Part shown: positions 21,002-32,754 of the stretch, piece by piece
Numbering within the stretch: position 1 is the stretch's first letter
Layout of the letters: every line of letters begins with the position of its first letter
Source: Paracoccaceae bacterium
GTDB taxonomy: Bacteria > Pseudomonadota > Alphaproteobacteria > Rhodobacterales > Rhodobacteraceae
Reading direction: 5' to 3'
Assembly: GCA_022824005.1 (NCBI GenBank)
Contig: JAJEBG010000051.1
Span: 5,143-69,142, forward strand
DNA: 64,000 nt
Made by a program: the position numbers and the translations under genes
The notes under the pieces: generated by a model
Seen by the model: the letters and a program-made list of their open reading frames with translations, nothing else
What the model was told of the DNA's origin: nothing
Databases searched by the model: none

Positions 21002-23647
21002 ATGGCAAGCCTAAATCAAATCCGATCGACATTTCTAAAATATTTCGCTGACAACGATCACGAGGTGGTCCGAAGTTCAGCTCTCGTGCCCCGCAATGAT
21101 CCGACCCTGATGTTCACCAATTCGGGTATGGTGCAATTTAAGAATGTCTTCACGGGTCTAGAGGGACGGGAAAACAGGCGCGCGGTGACGAGCCAAAAAT
21201 GCGTGCGTGCGGGGGGCAAGCATAACGACCTTGATAATGTGGGATATACGGCCCGTCACCATACATTTTTTGAGATGCTAGGAAATTTTTCCTTCGGTGA
21301 TTATTTCAAGGAACAAGCCATCTATTATTGTTGGAACCTTATCACCAAAGAATATGGCGTCGATCCTAGTCGGCTGTTGGCGACAGTTTACCATGAAGAT
21401 GAGGAAGCGGCGGCGTTATGGAAGTCGATCGCCGGATTTTCAGACCAACGAATCATTAGAATTTCGACCTCTGACAATTTTTGGTCAATGGGTTCGGTTG
21501 GCCCATGTGGTCCCTGTTCCGAACTCTTTTTTGATTATGGCGACGATGTTCCCGGTGGACCACCGGGCAGTGAAGATGAGGACGGCGATCGCTTCACTGA
21601 GATTTGGAACTTGGTGTTCATGCAATTTGAGCAGTGTGATGATGGCCGTCGGATCAATCTTCCGCGTCCTTCAATTGACACTGGCATGGGATTGGAGCGG
21701 ATCGCGGCGCTTCTCCAAGGCGTTCATGACAATTACGCAACCGATCTTTTTCTGGCCCTAATCGAGTCGGTCGCCGAATTGACGTCCACCGACCCGTCCG
21801 GTGCTCAAGCGGTTCATCACCGAGTGATTGTTGACCATCTCCGTTCCAGTGCCTTTTTGCTCGCCGAGGGCATCATGCCATCTAAAGTGGGCAGGGGTTA
21901 CGTTTTGCGTCGAATCATGCGTCGGGCAATGCGGCATGCTTATTTGCTCGGCAGCCGTCAACCCCTGATGCACCGTCTCGTGCCAGAACTCGTCAGGCAT
22001 ATGGGGGCCGCCTTTCCCGAACTCAATCAGGCGCAAGAAACGATTGAATATATTCTTTGTGATGAAGAGGAGAGGTTTCAGAAAACGCTGGGTCGAGGAT
22101 TGAATCTGTTGGACGACGAATTAAAAAACATGCCGGAAGATGGTGAGCTCAGCGGCGATACCGCATTTAAACTCTACGATACGTATGGGTTCCCACTAGA
22201 CTTGACGCAAGATGCCATGCGTGAGGCCGGACGCGCTGTTGATGTCCAAGCTTTTGAACGGGCGATGGATGAACAGCGCCGACGGGCGCGTGCGGCGATG
22301 GGCGGCATTGGGGAAGCCGCCGAGGACACAATGTGGATAGAGTTGGCGGAAAAATTCGGCACCACGGAATTTCATGGCTACGAGACTGAAAAGGCCGAAG
22401 GCCAAATTCTAGCCCTCACCAAGGATGGTCAATTGATCACGCAAGCTGAAAAGGGGGAAACAGTCAACGTTATTGTCAATCAAACACCCTTCTATGCCGA
22501 ATCGGGTGGGCAGGTGGGTGATACCGGCCTGATCGTGGCTGATGGTGGTAGGGCTGAGATCAAGGATACCACACTTCGGGCCGGTCTCTATGTCCATCAG
22601 GCTACGGTTCAGGAAGGCAGATTGATGACCGATACGGCTGTCCAATTGCGGGTTGACGGAGACAGAAGAGCCCGGATTCGCGCCAACCATTCTGCTACCC
22701 ATCTGCTTCATGAAACGCTGCGACGAATCCTTGGCAAACATGTGGCACAAAGGGGTTCGTCCAATGATGCCGATCATTTGCGGTTTGATTTTTCTCATAA
22801 TGCAGCGGTTGATCGGCAGACCATGGCCAAGATTGAGAGAGAAGTGAATCACCATATTTGGCAAAACTCTAAAGTCGTCACCCGAGTCATGACTCCCGAA
22901 GATGCCATAAAGGAAGGCGCGATGGCGCTGTTTGGCGAAAAATACACGCATCGCGTCCGTGTGGTTTCAATGGCCGAAGATGAGGAGAGTGGGGCGGCGT
23001 TTTCAAAGGAACTCTGCGGCGGCACGCATGTTCATTTCACCGGTGATATTGGTCTCTTTGTGACAACGCATGAAGGGGCGGTGGCGGCGGGAATACGCAG
23101 AATTGAGGCTCTGACCGGTGACAAGGCTTACCATTATTTGCATGAACAGGATCAACTTGTTTGTGAATTGTCCTTGGCCCTAAATGTCCCCCGTTCGGAC
23201 CTGGTCGCGAGGGCCAAAAGTTTAATGGATGAGCGCAAGTCCTTATCTTCACAAGTCACCCATCTCCGCCAACAGACGGTTTTGCGCCAGCAAGAGAATC
23301 GTGATTTACCGATTTCCGAGATCAATGGGTTACAATTTATTGGACAAGAATTGCAGGGAGTCCCCGCAAAAGATTTGCGCCTGCTGATCGATCGCTACAA
23401 GCAGGAGATAAAATCGGGAATTGTGGCACTCATCTCAGATGTCAATGGCAAAGCGGCGGTCGCTGTGGGGGTGACAGAGGATTTGACCGCCAATATATCG
23501 GCGATTGAATTGGTGCGTGTGATGACGCCCATTGTAGGGGGTTCTGGTGGAGGAGGGCGATCGGATTTTGCTCAAGGGGGCGGTCGCAGTGCCCAAGATG
23601 GGGGCGCGGCCCTGAAAGCGGTTAAACAACAGATTATGGAGAGTTGA
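21002..23647 (+). CDS. alaS: Alanine--tRNA ligase
   Basis: 881 aa with class II AlaRS motifs (FTNSGMVQFK, HHTFFEMLGNFSFGDYFK), an editing domain (HSATHLLH) and a C-terminal DHHA1-like region. Confidence 0.98.
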   Translation: MASLNQIRSTFLKYFADNDHEVVRSSALVPRNDPTLMFTNSGMVQFKNVFTGLEGRENRRAVTSQKCVRAGGKHNDLDNVGYTARHHTFFEMLGNFSFGDYFKEQAIYYCWNLITKEYGVDPSRLLATVYHEDEEAAALWKSIAGFSDQRIIRISTSDNFWSMGSVGPCGPCSELFFDYGDDVPGGPPGSEDEDGDRFTEIWNLVFMQFEQCDDGRRINLPRPSIDTGMGLERIAALLQGVHDNYATDLFLALIESVAELTSTDPSGAQAVHHRVIVDHLRSSAFLLAEGIMPSKVGRGYVLRRIMRRAMRHAYLLGSRQPLMHRLVPELVRHMGAAFPELNQAQETIEYILCDEEERFQKTLGRGLNLLDDELKNMPEDGELSGDTAFKLYDTYGFPLDLTQDAMREAGRAVDVQAFERAMDEQRRRARAAMGGIGEAAEDTMWIELAEKFGTTEFHGYETEKAEGQILALTKDGQLITQAEKGETVNVIVNQTPFYAESGGQVGDTGLIVADGGRAEIKDTTLRAGLYVHQATVQEGRLMTDTAVQLRVDGDRRARIRANHSATHLLHETLRRILGKHVAQRGSSNDADHLRFDFSHNAAVDRQTMAKIEREVNHHIWQNSKVVTRVMTPEDAIKEGAMALFGEKYTHRVRVVSMAEDEESGAAFSKELCGGTHVHFTGDIGLFVTTHEGAVAAGIRRIEALTGDKAYHYLHEQDQLVCELSLALNVPRSDLVARAKSLMDERKSLSSQVTHLRQQTVLRQQENRDLPISEINGLQFIGQELQGVPAKDLRLLIDRYKQEIKSGIVALISDVNGKAAVAVGVTEDLTANISAIELVRVMTPIVGGSGGGGRSDFAQGGGRSAQDGGAALKAVKQQIMES

Positions 23648-23648
23648 A

Positions 23649-23933
23649 ATGAAGGCTTACTGGATTGCCCATGTCGACGTCAAAGACACTGAAATTTATG
23701 GTCAATATGCCAAATTGGCGACGCAAGCGATCGAATCCCACGGCGGCGAATTCCTCGCCCGTGGTGGGCGGTTTGAAGTGATGGAGGGAAACGTGAAGGC
23801 GCGCAATGTGATCGCTGTCTTTCCGTCAATGGAGGACGCCTTGGCGTGTTATCATTCAGATATTTATGGCGAAGCACTCAAACACTCCAAAGTCTCATCG
23901 GATAGGGATGTGATGATATTAGAAGGTGTATGA
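23649..23933 (+). CDS. DUF1330 domain protein
   Basis: 94 aa; MKAYWIAHVDV...HGGEFLARGGRFEVMEG...FPSMEDALACYHSDIY fits the DUF1330 pattern. Starts 1 nt after the alaS stop. Confidence 0.7.
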   Translation: MKAYWIAHVDVKDTEIYGQYAKLATQAIESHGGEFLARGGRFEVMEGNVKARNVIAVFPSMEDALACYHSDIYGEALKHSKVSSDRDVMILEGV

Positions 23934-23972
23934 TCACTTGCGAAGTGATTTCATTCAATCGGTGCCCCGGGG

Positions 23973-25187
23973 TTAGCCCAATCTCTTGCCTAAATTCTCT
24001 TCAATTTTGTCAAGAAAACCTTGCGTGGTGAGCCAGTCCTGATCGGGTCCTACCAACAACGCCAAATCCTTCGTCATAAAGCCGGCTTCAACCGTCTCCA
24101 CAACAACTCTCTCCAAGGATTGGGCGAAGTCAGACAAGGGCGTGTTATCATCAAGAGCGGCACGATGCCGTAGCCCGCCGGTCCAAGCGAAGATAGAGGC
24201 AATGGAATTTGTTGAGGTGGCTTCCCCCCTCTGGTGTTGACGAAAATGGCGTGTCACGGTGCCGTGCGCCGCTTCAGACTCGACAACCTTTCCATCTGGC
24301 GTCATCAGTTTCGATGTCATGAGACCCAATGAGCCAAAACCTTGTGCCACGGTGTCCGATTGCACATCCCCATCATAATTCTTGCAGGCCCAAACAAACC
24401 CACCGTTCCATTTCATCGCCGCCGCCACCATATCGTCAATGAGACGGTGCTCGTAGGTGATTCCAATGGCTTCAAATTGGGCGGCAAATTCGTTTTCAAA
24501 TATCGTCTGAAAAAGGTCTTTGAAACGCCCGTCATAGGTTTTCAATATGGTGTTTTTTGTTGATAGATATACTGGCCAACCCATTGATAAACCATAATTA
24601 AAAGAGGCTCTGGCAAAATCCCTAATAGAGTCATCAAGGTTGTACATGGCGAGGGTCACACCCGCCGATGGAGCGGCAAAAACCTCGCGCTCAATCACTT
24701 CGCCGCCATTGTCAGGCTCAAATCGCAGAGTGACTTTTCCTTTTTCAGGAAAATAGAAATCGGTGGCGCGATATTGATCACCAAAGGCATGGCGACCGAT
24801 GACGATCGGCTGCGTCCAACCCGGAACAAGACGGGGGACATTGCGACAGATGATCGGGGCGCGAAAGACCACACCTCCAAGAATGTTCCGGATTGTCCCA
24901 TTAGGAGAGCGCCACATTTCTTTAAGATTAAACTCATCGACTCGGGCCTCGTCGGGCGTAATGGTGGCGCATTTGATACCGACACCCACTTCACGAATTT
25001 TCTCCGCCGCATCGACGGTCACCTGATCGGAAGTGCGATCTCTCTCTTCAATGCCGAGATCATAGTAGAGGAGGTTAATATCAAGAAAAGGGAGAATGAG
25101 TTGTTGTTTGATGGAGTCCCAGATAATTCGAGTCATTTCGTCGCCATCAAGTTCAACGACGGGATTTTCAACCTTAATCTTAGCCAT
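23973..25187 (-). CDS. icd: NADP-dependent isocitrate dehydrogenase (homodimeric, eukaryote-like type)
   Basis: 404 aa; [23 protein letters not shown]...[10 protein letters not shown]...[12 protein letters not shown] is typical of this IDH subfamily. Confidence 0.96.
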   Translation of the reverse strand: MAKIKVENPVVELDGDEMTRIIWDSIKQQLILPFLDINLLYYDLGIEERDRTSDQVTVDAAEKIREVGVGIKCATITPDEARVDEFNLKEMWRSPNGTIRNILGGVVFRAPIICRNVPRLVPGWTQPIVIGRHAFGDQYRATDFYFPEKGKVTLRFEPDNGGEVIEREVFAAPSAGVTLAMYNLDDSIRDFARASFNYGLSMGWPVYLSTKNTILKTYDGRFKDLFQTIFENEFAAQFEAIGITYEHRLIDDMVAAAMKWNGGFVWACKNYDGDVQSDTVAQGFGSLGLMTSKLMTPDGKVVESEAAHGTVTRHFRQHQRGEATSTNSIASIFAWTGGLRHRAALDDNTPLSDFAQSLERVVVETVEAGFMTKDLALLVGPDQDWLTTQGFLDKIEENLGKRLG

Positions 25188-25344
25188 TCATGCATTCCAC
25201 ATTGTTCAAAGGATTGAGTTCATGATCAGGATCGAATAGAAAGGGTTGTCGCGGTTGATATTGTCCGTGAATTCTCTATACAATTGATCAATTACCGTCA
25301 TTATACTCGCAGCGCCAGTTGCATTCAAGAATGGTTAGAAGAGA

Positions 25345-26286
25345 ATGAACCCACGCGTTCGCCATCCAGAAAAAATTCATAAAGCGCCCTTGAGGTCGAC
25401 CCTTGAGCGGCCTCACTGGATACGTGTGAAGGCTCCAAATTCCGCGGGATTCCATCGGACCAAAGAAATTGTGCAAAAGAATCGCCTTCGCACCGTGTGT
25501 GAAGAAGCCGCATGTCCGAATGTGGGGGAATGCTGGTCGCATGGTCATGCGACCTTTATGATTTTGGGTGAGACCTGCACGCGGGGTTGTACATTTTGCA
25601 ACGTGGCCACCGGAAAACCGCAAGAGGTTGATTTGTTTGAGCCGGCCCGAGTGGCCAATGCGGTGGCCGATTTGCACCTTAAACATGTGGTGGTGACAAG
25701 TGTGGACCGTGATGATCTTGAAGATGGTGGGGCTCGGCAGTTTGTCCGTACGATTAGATCAATTCGACAGAAATCTAAAGAGACCACGATTGAAATCTTG
25801 ACACCCGACTTTTTGCGGTGCGCAGAGCGGGCGGTCGATTCCGTCATTAAAGCGGGCCCTGATGTCTTTAATCACAACCTCGAAACGGTGCCGAGCCTGT
25901 ATCCCGAAGTGCGCCCCGGCGCGCGTTACTTCGTGTCTCTCCGATTGTTGCAGCGAGTGAAGGAGGTTGATCCTCACCTGTTTACGAAGTCGGGAATCAT
26001 GGTGGGATTAGGTGAGGACCGGAATGCCGTGTTGCAGGTGATGGATGATTTGCGGGCCGCCGATGTCGATTTTTTGACCATCGGTCAATATCTGCAGCCG
26101 ACCCCCCACCACCATCCGGTTCGACGCTATGTGTCTCCCGAAGAGTTCAGGGATTATGCTTCGCGTGCGTACGGCAAAGGTTTCCTGATGGTCTCGTCAT
26201 CGCCATTAACCCGCTCAAGTTATCATGCTGACGATGACTTTCGTTCGCTCAAAGAGGCACGACAGTTACGGACCGTCGTCTCGTAA
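25345..26286 (+). CDS. lipA: Lipoyl synthase
   Basis: 313 aa with [12 protein letters not shown] and radical-SAM CTRGCTFC cysteine clusters. Confidence 0.97.
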   Translation: MNPRVRHPEKIHKAPLRSTLERPHWIRVKAPNSAGFHRTKEIVQKNRLRTVCEEAACPNVGECWSHGHATFMILGETCTRGCTFCNVATGKPQEVDLFEPARVANAVADLHLKHVVVTSVDRDDLEDGGARQFVRTIRSIRQKSKETTIEILTPDFLRCAERAVDSVIKAGPDVFNHNLETVPSLYPEVRPGARYFVSLRLLQRVKEVDPHLFTKSGIMVGLGEDRNAVLQVMDDLRAADVDFLTIGQYLQPTPHHHPVRRYVSPEEFRDYASRAYGKGFLMVSSSPLTRSSYHADDDFRSLKEARQLRTVVS

Positions 26287-26305
26287 TCGTTAGAGAAGAG
26301 ACTTC

Positions 26306-26770
26306 ATGCGACATCATAAAGAAAAAAAGATTATGCCTTTTTCGGCCGAACAAATGTTTGATCTGGTGGTGGATATTGAGGCCTATCCGAGTTTCATACC
26401 GTGGTGCCGAGATATCCGTATTATTTCGCAAAGTGCACATCCGAATGGAAGCATCATCAAATCGGAAATGGTGGTGGCTTTCAAATCACTTCGTGAAAGT
26501 TTGATCTCTGAGGCGGTGCTGTGCGGTGACAAGTCATCCATCGAAATTAATTATCGCGAGAAGTTGTTTAAGTATTTTCACAGTAAGTGGACATTTCATC
26601 AACGTGATGATGGATCATCTATGGTTGAGTTTGAGACCAGTTATGAATTTAAGACTAAAATTTTTGAATTGCTGGCCGGTGCTTTTTTTTGGCGGGCCGC
26701 TCAGATGATTGTGGCTGCTTTTGAAGAGCGTGCTCACAAGATTTACAGCCAAAGCCCTAATTCTCAGTGA
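26306..26770 (+). CDS. SRPBCC-fold protein, RatA / COQ10 family
   Basis: 154 aa; MRHHKEKKIMPFSAEQMFDLVVDIEAYPSFIPWC matches the family N-terminus. Position after lipA is usual in alphaproteobacteria. Confidence 0.8.
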   Translation: MRHHKEKKIMPFSAEQMFDLVVDIEAYPSFIPWCRDIRIISQSAHPNGSIIKSEMVVAFKSLRESLISEAVLCGDKSSIEINYREKLFKYFHSKWTFHQRDDGSSMVEFETSYEFKTKIFELLAGAFFWRAAQMIVAAFEERAHKIYSQSPNSQ

Positions 26771-27420
26771 GAGGCGCGTTGGCGCGCCACATATCTCACC
26801 ACTTCTCGGGACAACGCATCCATCCCATCTCCCTTAAAAAAATGATCGGCGCCTTTGATGGTTCGGTGCTCAACCTCGATCCCCTCCTGATTTTGCAAGC
26901 GCTCAGCGAGTTGCAAGATATGTTCGGGGTTGGCCACCTCGTCGGCCGTTCCATTTATTATGATTCCCGATGATGGGCAGGGGGAGAGGAACGAAAAATC
27001 AAATTTGTCAGCCGGGGGAGCGACCGCGACAAAGCCGTTGATCTCAGGGCGCCGCATCAACAGTTGCATACCGATCCACGCGCCGAAAGAAAATCCCGCA
27101 ACCCAGCACTGCTTTGAGTTTGGGTTTCTGGTTTGTAAATAATCAAGGGCGGCAGCCGCATCAGAGAGTTCACCAACACCGTCCTCAAGTGCTTCTGAAC
27201 GTCCTTGGCTTCGTCCCACACCGCGAAAATTGAACCGCATCACGGCAAAGCCGAGCCGGTAGAATGTGAAATAGAGCCGGTATACCACCTTATTGTTCAT
27301 AGTGCCGCCATAGGCGGGATGGGGGTGAAGAATAAGAGCGACAGGCGCATCAAAGTTCGACTGAGAGTGATACCGCCCTTCGAGCCGCCCCTCGGGACCA
27401 GAAATGGTAAGATCTGGCAT
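26764..27420 (-). CDS. Alpha/beta hydrolase
   Basis: Start set at MPDLTISGPEGRLEG (27420); the ORF track extends to 27507. Nucleophile-elbow-like GFSFGA motif, plus HPHPAYGG...NFRGVGRSQG typical of this hydrolase group. Confidence 0.7.
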   Translation of the reverse strand: MPDLTISGPEGRLEGRYHSQSNFDAPVALILHPHPAYGGTMNNKVVYRLYFTFYRLGFAVMRFNFRGVGRSQGRSEALEDGVGELSDAAAALDYLQTRNPNSKQCWVAGFSFGAWIGMQLLMRRPEINGFVAVAPPADKFDFSFLSPCPSSGIIINGTADEVANPEHILQLAERLQNQEGIEVEHRTIKGADHFFKGDGMDALSREVVRYVARQRASH

Positions 27421-27562
27421 GATGGAATTTACCTTTCTGTCTCGCCAAGTGTTTGCCTTGACGACTCTAAGGTTGAGACATAAAATAAATATTGGCTGTT
27501 GATACAAGTCTTGACACGGTTACTTGAGGGGGCGCGGTAAGTCAACGCATGCATCAGATTCA

Positions 27563-28021
27563 ATGAAACTTAGTACCAAAGGTCGTTATGCGATGGTCGC
27601 TTTGGCGGACCTCGCATTGGCCGATAAGCAACAAACCGTTCCCCTCGCGCTCATTGCCAAGCGACAACAAATTTCAATTGCCTATCTTGAGCAATTGTTC
27701 GTCAAGTTGCGGCGGGCTGGTTTGGTTGAGTCGGTCCGCGGCCCCAACGGGGGCTATCGATTGGCAATGGATTCAGAAATGATCAAGGTTTTAGAAATTC
27801 TTGCGGCGGTTGATGAAACTTTTGAAGTCAGCCGCGTCGGCCGTGGTTATTCCGGCAGTTTGTCGGGAACGAGGGCGCAGTCGCTGACCAACCGATTGTG
27901 GGAGGGATTGTCGGCGCAAGTCTATGTGTTTTTGCATCAAGCTTGTCTGGCTGACATCGTTCATAACCGCCTTGCGCCTTGCCCCGCCGTGCCCAATATT
28001 TTGCGAGTTGTAGATGAGTGA
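27563..28021 (+). CDS. Rrf2-family transcriptional regulator (IscR-like) heading the suf operon
   Basis: MKLSTKGRYAMVALADLAL... is an Rrf2 wHTH N-terminus. Its stop overlaps the start of the next gene (TGATG). Confidence 0.88.
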   Translation: MKLSTKGRYAMVALADLALADKQQTVPLALIAKRQQISIAYLEQLFVKLRRAGLVESVRGPNGGYRLAMDSEMIKVLEILAAVDETFEVSRVGRGYSGSLSGTRAQSLTNRLWEGLSAQVYVFLHQACLADIVHNRLAPCPAVPNILRVVDE

Positions 28022-29118
28022 TGTCGCCGCGAGCCTATTTCGATTGGAATGCGACCGCACCGATTCGGCCGTCCGTTTGTGCGGTCATGTCGCGGGCATT
28101 CGACGTGATTGGCAATCCGTCGTCGGTCCATCAGGAAGGACGGGAAGCGCGCGCAATTATCGAAACGGCGCGCCAGCAGGTCGGCGATCTCTGTGGGGTT
28201 GATTCTGATCGAGTCGTTTTTACCTCCGGTGCCACCGAGGGCGCGGCACTGACACTCAAAGGGGCTGACCTCGATTCGTCTGTGATTGAACATCCAGCGG
28301 TGCTAGCTTGGACGCGGCCGGTCTTGCCGATTGACGAGCAGGGTCGTATTTCAACCGTCGATCCGACCCAATCAACAGTGCAGCTAGCAAATAGCGAAAC
28401 CGGGCTTCTGCAGGATATTCCTCAAGGCACTCGCGTGACCGACGCCACTCAAGCGTTAGGAAAAATCACCGTCAAGACGCAGATGGCAAAGGCAGATTAT
28501 GCCATCCTGTCGGCCCACAAGATCGGTGGGCCTAAAGGAATAGGCGCGGTGATTATGCTGGGGCGGGGCTCTGACCTTGAGGCTCAATTAAAAGGGGGAG
28601 GGCAGGAGTTCAACCGCCGCTCTGGGACCGAAAATCTATATGGTATCGCGGGATTTGGTGTCGCTGCACAAGAAGCCGAGCACGAGTTGCGCGAAGGCCG
28701 CTGGGAAGAAGTTAAATCGTTACGAAATAAACTGGAGAAACTGTTGAAGGATGAGGTAAAAGACATAGTTATATTTGCAGAGCAAGCACAGCGGCTGCCC
28801 AACACCAGTTGTTTTGCCATTTCTGGATGGAAGGGAATCAATCAAGTGATGTCAATGGACCTAAACGGGTTTGCTATCTCCGCTGGCGCGGCTTGTTCAT
28901 CGGGCAAGGTGCGATCAAACGAGACACTCGAAGCCTTAGGCGTGGCACCTGAACTTGCCGATTCCGCCATTCGTGTATCCATTGGCCCGACAACCAAAGT
29001 CGATGATATAGAACGGTTTGTTGCCTCTTGGTCGAACGAATATCGACGCGTGCGTTCACAGCAGAATCGGGTGCGCAAGAGGGAAAATTTAACAAAGGAA
29101 TGGGAGTGTTCCATTTGA
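28021..29118 (+). CDS. Cysteine desulfurase, NifS/IscS-like (class V aminotransferase)
   Basis: FDWNATAP...[13 protein letters not shown]...[10 protein letters not shown] (PLP lysine)...GAACSSG (catalytic Cys loop). Confidence 0.9.
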   Translation: MSPRAYFDWNATAPIRPSVCAVMSRAFDVIGNPSSVHQEGREARAIIETARQQVGDLCGVDSDRVVFTSGATEGAALTLKGADLDSSVIEHPAVLAWTRPVLPIDEQGRISTVDPTQSTVQLANSETGLLQDIPQGTRVTDATQALGKITVKTQMAKADYAILSAHKIGGPKGIGAVIMLGRGSDLEAQLKGGGQEFNRRSGTENLYGIAGFGVAAQEAEHELREGRWEEVKSLRNKLEKLLKDEVKDIVIFAEQAQRLPNTSCFAISGWKGINQVMSMDLNGFAISAGAACSSGKVRSNETLEALGVAPELADSAIRVSIGPTTKVDDIERFVASWSNEYRRVRSQQNRVRKRENLTKEWECSI

Positions 29119-30638
29119 ATAATTCAGTCGATGTGAAACCTCGTGAAGGCGTGGATCACCAAACAATCGAGACCGTCAAAAATGTCGGTTCGCATTACCG
29201 TCACGGATGGGAAACCGAGATTGAGATGGAGTATGCGCCCAAAGGTCTGAATGAAGAGATCGTGCGGCTCATCTCCTCCAAGAATGATGAACCCGAATGG
29301 TTGACTGAATGGCGCTGTGCCGCCTACCATCGCTGGACAGAGTTGAAAGAACCCAACTGGGCTATGGTCAATTATCCGCGCATTAATTACCAAGATCAGT
29401 ATTATTACGCCCAGCCTAAAAGCTTTGAGCAGAAACCAAAATCTCTTGATGAGGTCGATCCCAAACTCCTCGAAACCTATGAAAAACTCGGCATTCCGTT
29501 GCGCGAGCAAATGGTGCTCGCGGGTGTGGAAGGGGCGGGTGAATCACCTGCCGATGGCCGCAAAGTCGCAGTGGACGCGGTTTTTGATTCAGTCTCAGTG
29601 GGCACCACTTTTCAGGAAGAACTTCGGCGTGCCGGTGTTGTATTCTGTTCGATGTCTGAAGCGGTCAAAACACATCCAGAACTCGTACGTCGATATCTCG
29701 GTTCGGTGGTACCGATGACCGATAATTACTTCGCCGGTCTAAATTCGGCGGTATTTTCTGATGGATCCTTTGTCTACGTGCCGCCCGGTGTCCATTGTCC
29801 AATGGAATTATCGACCTATTTTCGTATCAACGCCAAAGACACGGGCCAGTTTGAGCGAACCTTGATTATCGTCGACCAAGGCGCGAAGGTGAGCTACCTT
29901 GAGGGCTGCACAGCTCCCCAACGCGATACATCACAGTTACACGCGGCGGTCGTTGAACTCGTGGCGCTTGAGGACGCCGAGATCAAATACTCGACAGTCC
30001 AAAATTGGTTTCCTGGAGACGAGAACGGCAAGGGTGGCATTTACAATTTTGTGACCAAACGAGCCGATTGTCGGGGCGACCGTTCAAAGGTTATGTGGAC
30101 GCAGGTTGAAACGGGCTCGGCAGTGACGTGGAAATACCCGTCCTGTATTTTGCGCGGTGCTGGAAGTCATGGTGAATTTTACTCAATTGCCATCACAAAT
30201 AATCATCAACAGGCTGACACAGGCACCAAGATGATCCATCTCGGTCAGAACTCACGGTCACGGATTGTGTCTAAGGGAATTTCGGCAGGAGTGGCTCAGA
30301 ACACCTATCGCGGTTTGGTTTCGGTCCATCCGAAAGCCAAAAATTGTCGCAATTACACGCAATGCGACAGTCTTTTGATTGGTGACAAGTGCGGCGCACA
30401 TACCGTGCCCTATATCGAATTGCGCAATCACGCCTCAAGGGTCGAACACGAGGCCACCACATCCAAAGTCGATGACGACCAATTATTTTATTGTCGGCAG
30501 CGGGGTTTGGGTGAAGAGGAAGCGGTGGCGTTGGTTGTCAACGGCTTTTGCCGTGAGGTCCTGCAAGCCCTGCCGATGGAATTTGCTATGGAGGCGCAGC
30601 AATTGGTTGCCATTTCGCTTGAAGGTTCGGTCGGCTAA
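29100..30638 (+). CDS. sufB: Fe-S cluster assembly scaffold SufB
   Basis: Strong SufB sequence ([33 protein letters not shown]...). Start uncertain: ATG 29100 is chosen, and the ORF track begins at 29028. Confidence 0.93.
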   Translation: MGVFHLNNSVDVKPREGVDHQTIETVKNVGSHYRHGWETEIEMEYAPKGLNEEIVRLISSKNDEPEWLTEWRCAAYHRWTELKEPNWAMVNYPRINYQDQYYYAQPKSFEQKPKSLDEVDPKLLETYEKLGIPLREQMVLAGVEGAGESPADGRKVAVDAVFDSVSVGTTFQEELRRAGVVFCSMSEAVKTHPELVRRYLGSVVPMTDNYFAGLNSAVFSDGSFVYVPPGVHCPMELSTYFRINAKDTGQFERTLIIVDQGAKVSYLEGCTAPQRDTSQLHAAVVELVALEDAEIKYSTVQNWFPGDENGKGGIYNFVTKRADCRGDRSKVMWTQVETGSAVTWKYPSCILRGAGSHGEFYSIAITNNHQQADTGTKMIHLGQNSRSRIVSKGISAGVAQNTYRGLVSVHPKAKNCRNYTQCDSLLIGDKCGAHTVPYIELRNHASRVEHEATTSKVDDDQLFYCRQRGLGEEEAVALVVNGFCREVLQALPMEFAMEAQQLVAISLEGSVG

Positions 30639-30694
30639 CTCAATTGTCCATCCATATCTGCTGCCCCATTTTAATAAACGATTAAGGATTTTTG

Positions 30695-31450
30695 ATGTTA
30701 TCAATTCAAAACTTGCATGCGAATCTCGTCGAAGAAGACAAAGCGATTCTCAAAGGTGTCAATCTTGAAATCCATAGCGGTGAAGTGCACGCTATCATGG
30801 GACCGAACGGCTCTGGTAAATCGACACTTTCCTACATTCTCGCTGGGCGGGATGGCTACGAGGTCAAAGCTGGGAAAGTTTTGCTGGAGGGCCAAGAATT
30901 GCTTGAAATGGAACCCGAAGAACGGGCCGCGTTGGGCTTTTTCCTGGCTTTTCAGTATCCGGTTGAAATTCCCGGAGTGGGCAATATGACCTTCCTGCGC
31001 ACCGCCCTCAATGCCCAACGGAAAATGCGTGGGGAAGACGCTATTTCGGCCGCCGATTTTCTCCGCCTAGCGCGTGAAAAAGCCAAGCATCTCGGTATTG
31101 GCGACGAATTGCTCAAACGTCCCGTCAATTACGGATTTTCTGGTGGAGAAAAGAAAAGGAATGAAATTCTTCAAATGGCTGTTTTGGAACCCCGCATGTG
31201 TATCCTGGATGAAACGGATTCGGGCCTTGACGTTGACGCCATGCGACAGGTGGCGGCCGGGGTCAACAATCTCCGAGGCAAAGAGAGGGCGATTCTCTTG
31301 ATTACCCATTACCAAAGACTTCTCGATCACATTGAACCTGATCATGTCCATATTATGGCTGACGGACAAATTGTTGAAAGTGGAGGACCGGAACTCGCTC
31401 TGAAGATTGAAGAGAAGGGTTATGGGTTCATGTCGGGTGAGGCCAACTGA
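30695..31450 (+). CDS. sufC: Fe-S cluster assembly ATPase SufC
   Basis: Walker A GPNGSGKST, signature FSGGEKKRNEILQ, Walker B ILDETDSGLD. AAGGA lies 7 nt upstream of ATG 30695. Confidence 0.97.
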   Translation: MLSIQNLHANLVEEDKAILKGVNLEIHSGEVHAIMGPNGSGKSTLSYILAGRDGYEVKAGKVLLEGQELLEMEPEERAALGFFLAFQYPVEIPGVGNMTFLRTALNAQRKMRGEDAISAADFLRLAREKAKHLGIGDELLKRPVNYGFSGGEKKRNEILQMAVLEPRMCILDETDSGLDVDAMRQVAAGVNNLRGKERAILLITHYQRLLDHIEPDHVHIMADGQIVESGGPELALKIEEKGYGFMSGEAN

Positions 31451-32754
31451 TGGTGGATATGACAGAAATCAGAACGCATCTCTCACAATTTGAGGCTCCG
31501 TCACGTCATTTATCGCAAGACGGGAAAGAAGCGCCCCTCGCGCCATTGTTGCCGGAACAGAGTCAAGCAGAAACGCGCTGGAAGGATGTCGGTTTACCGA
31601 CGCGACGCGATGAATACTGGAAATATACCGATCCTGGCGTTTTTCTTAATTTTTCTCCACAAACAACTGAATTTAAAAGAGAAAATTCGCCATTATTTGA
31701 TGGTGATGTGATAAATATCGCCGCCGCCGCCGAGGGATTTGTTGTGAAAGATGGGTTGGCCACAGAAATCAAGATTGACAACCTGTCCGATGACAAAATG
31801 GCGAACAGTCAAGCCATCCGCCAAATCTATGGAAAACTCGAGTCACAGGCTCAAGACATGATCCCAAGAGGTTTAGCAGCACTCAACACGCATCAGGCGT
31901 CTCGCGGAATGGTCATCGAATGCCCTGAAAATAGCCAAGCGACAGTGCAATTGTTAATGACGGATGAACGCAAAGTTTCGACGGGTTCAATGATACATCA
32001 TGTGATTGATGCGAGGGCCGGTGCGCAACTCACTTTGGCCGAGATTGGCACCCAAGCGTCGCAAACCAATATTGTCTATGAAATTCGGGTGGGCGAGGGG
32101 GCTTCGGTTCACCTTATCCGTGCGGCGCGCTTGAGCGAGGCGAAGTCTGCCCACATGTGCTCCATCTTTGCTGACGTTGCGGCGAGTGGGACGTTCAATT
32201 CATTTGCTCTCTCGGCTTGGTCTCCTTGGTCACGTCAAGAATATGTTGTTCGGCTGAAGGAGGATGAGGCCAAAACGAGTCTTTCAGGGGCGGTCCTCGG
32301 ACGAGAGGATTGTCATCATGATGATATGGTATTGGTCATTCATGAGGGACAAAATTGCCAGAGCCGACAAGTCTTCAAAAAGGTCCTTCGACATAACGCG
32401 AAAGGGGTTTTTCAGGGCAAAATTTTGGTTCGTCAAGATGCGCAGAAGACGGATGGGTATCAAATCAGTCAAGGGTTGTTGCTCGATGATGAATCAGAAT
32501 TCTGCGCCAAACCGGAACTCGAAATTTACGCCGATGATGTCGTCTGTTCGCATGGCTCGACATCAGGCGGGGTTGATGAGACACAAATGTTCTATCTGCG
32601 CTCGCGAGGGATCGCGGAGAATGAAGCCCAAGAGCTGTTGTCGATGGCCTTTCTCTCCGATGCCATTGAAGAAGTGGCCGACGAGCAAGTCAGAGTCCGT
32701 CTTGATGAATGGGCCAAGGAATGGTTTGTGGAGGCTCGTTCATGTCAACCGTAA
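31450..32754 (+). CDS. sufD: Fe-S cluster assembly protein SufD
   Basis: 434 aa. ATG overlaps the sufC stop (TGATG). C-terminal SufBD-family beta-helix region (...CSHGSTSGGVDETQMFYLRSRGI...). Confidence 0.92.
   Translation: MVDMTEIRTHLSQFEAPSRHLSQDGKEAPLAPLLPEQSQAETRWKDVGLPTRRDEYWKYTDPGVFLNFSPQTTEFKRENSPLFDGDVINIAAAAEGFVVKDGLATEIKIDNLSDDKMANSQAIRQIYGKLESQAQDMIPRGLAALNTHQASRGMVIECPENSQATVQLLMTDERKVSTGSMIHHVIDARAGAQLTLAEIGTQASQTNIVYEIRVGEGASVHLIRAARLSEAKSAHMCSIFADVAASGTFNSFALSAWSPWSRQEYVVRLKEDEAKTSLSGAVLGREDCHHDDMVLVIHEGQNCQSRQVFKKVLRHNAKGVFQGKILVRQDAQKTDGYQISQGLLLDDESEFCAKPELEIYADDVVCSHGSTSGGVDETQMFYLRSRGIAENEAQELLSMAFLSDAIEEVADEQVRVRLDEWAKEWFVEARSCQP

Noticed and set aside
26306-26770. RatA-family protein as a toxin-antitoxin toxin.
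   Set aside because: The N-terminus and the position after lipA match the housekeeping SRPBCC/COQ10-like family found in alphaproteobacteria. No antitoxin partner is present.
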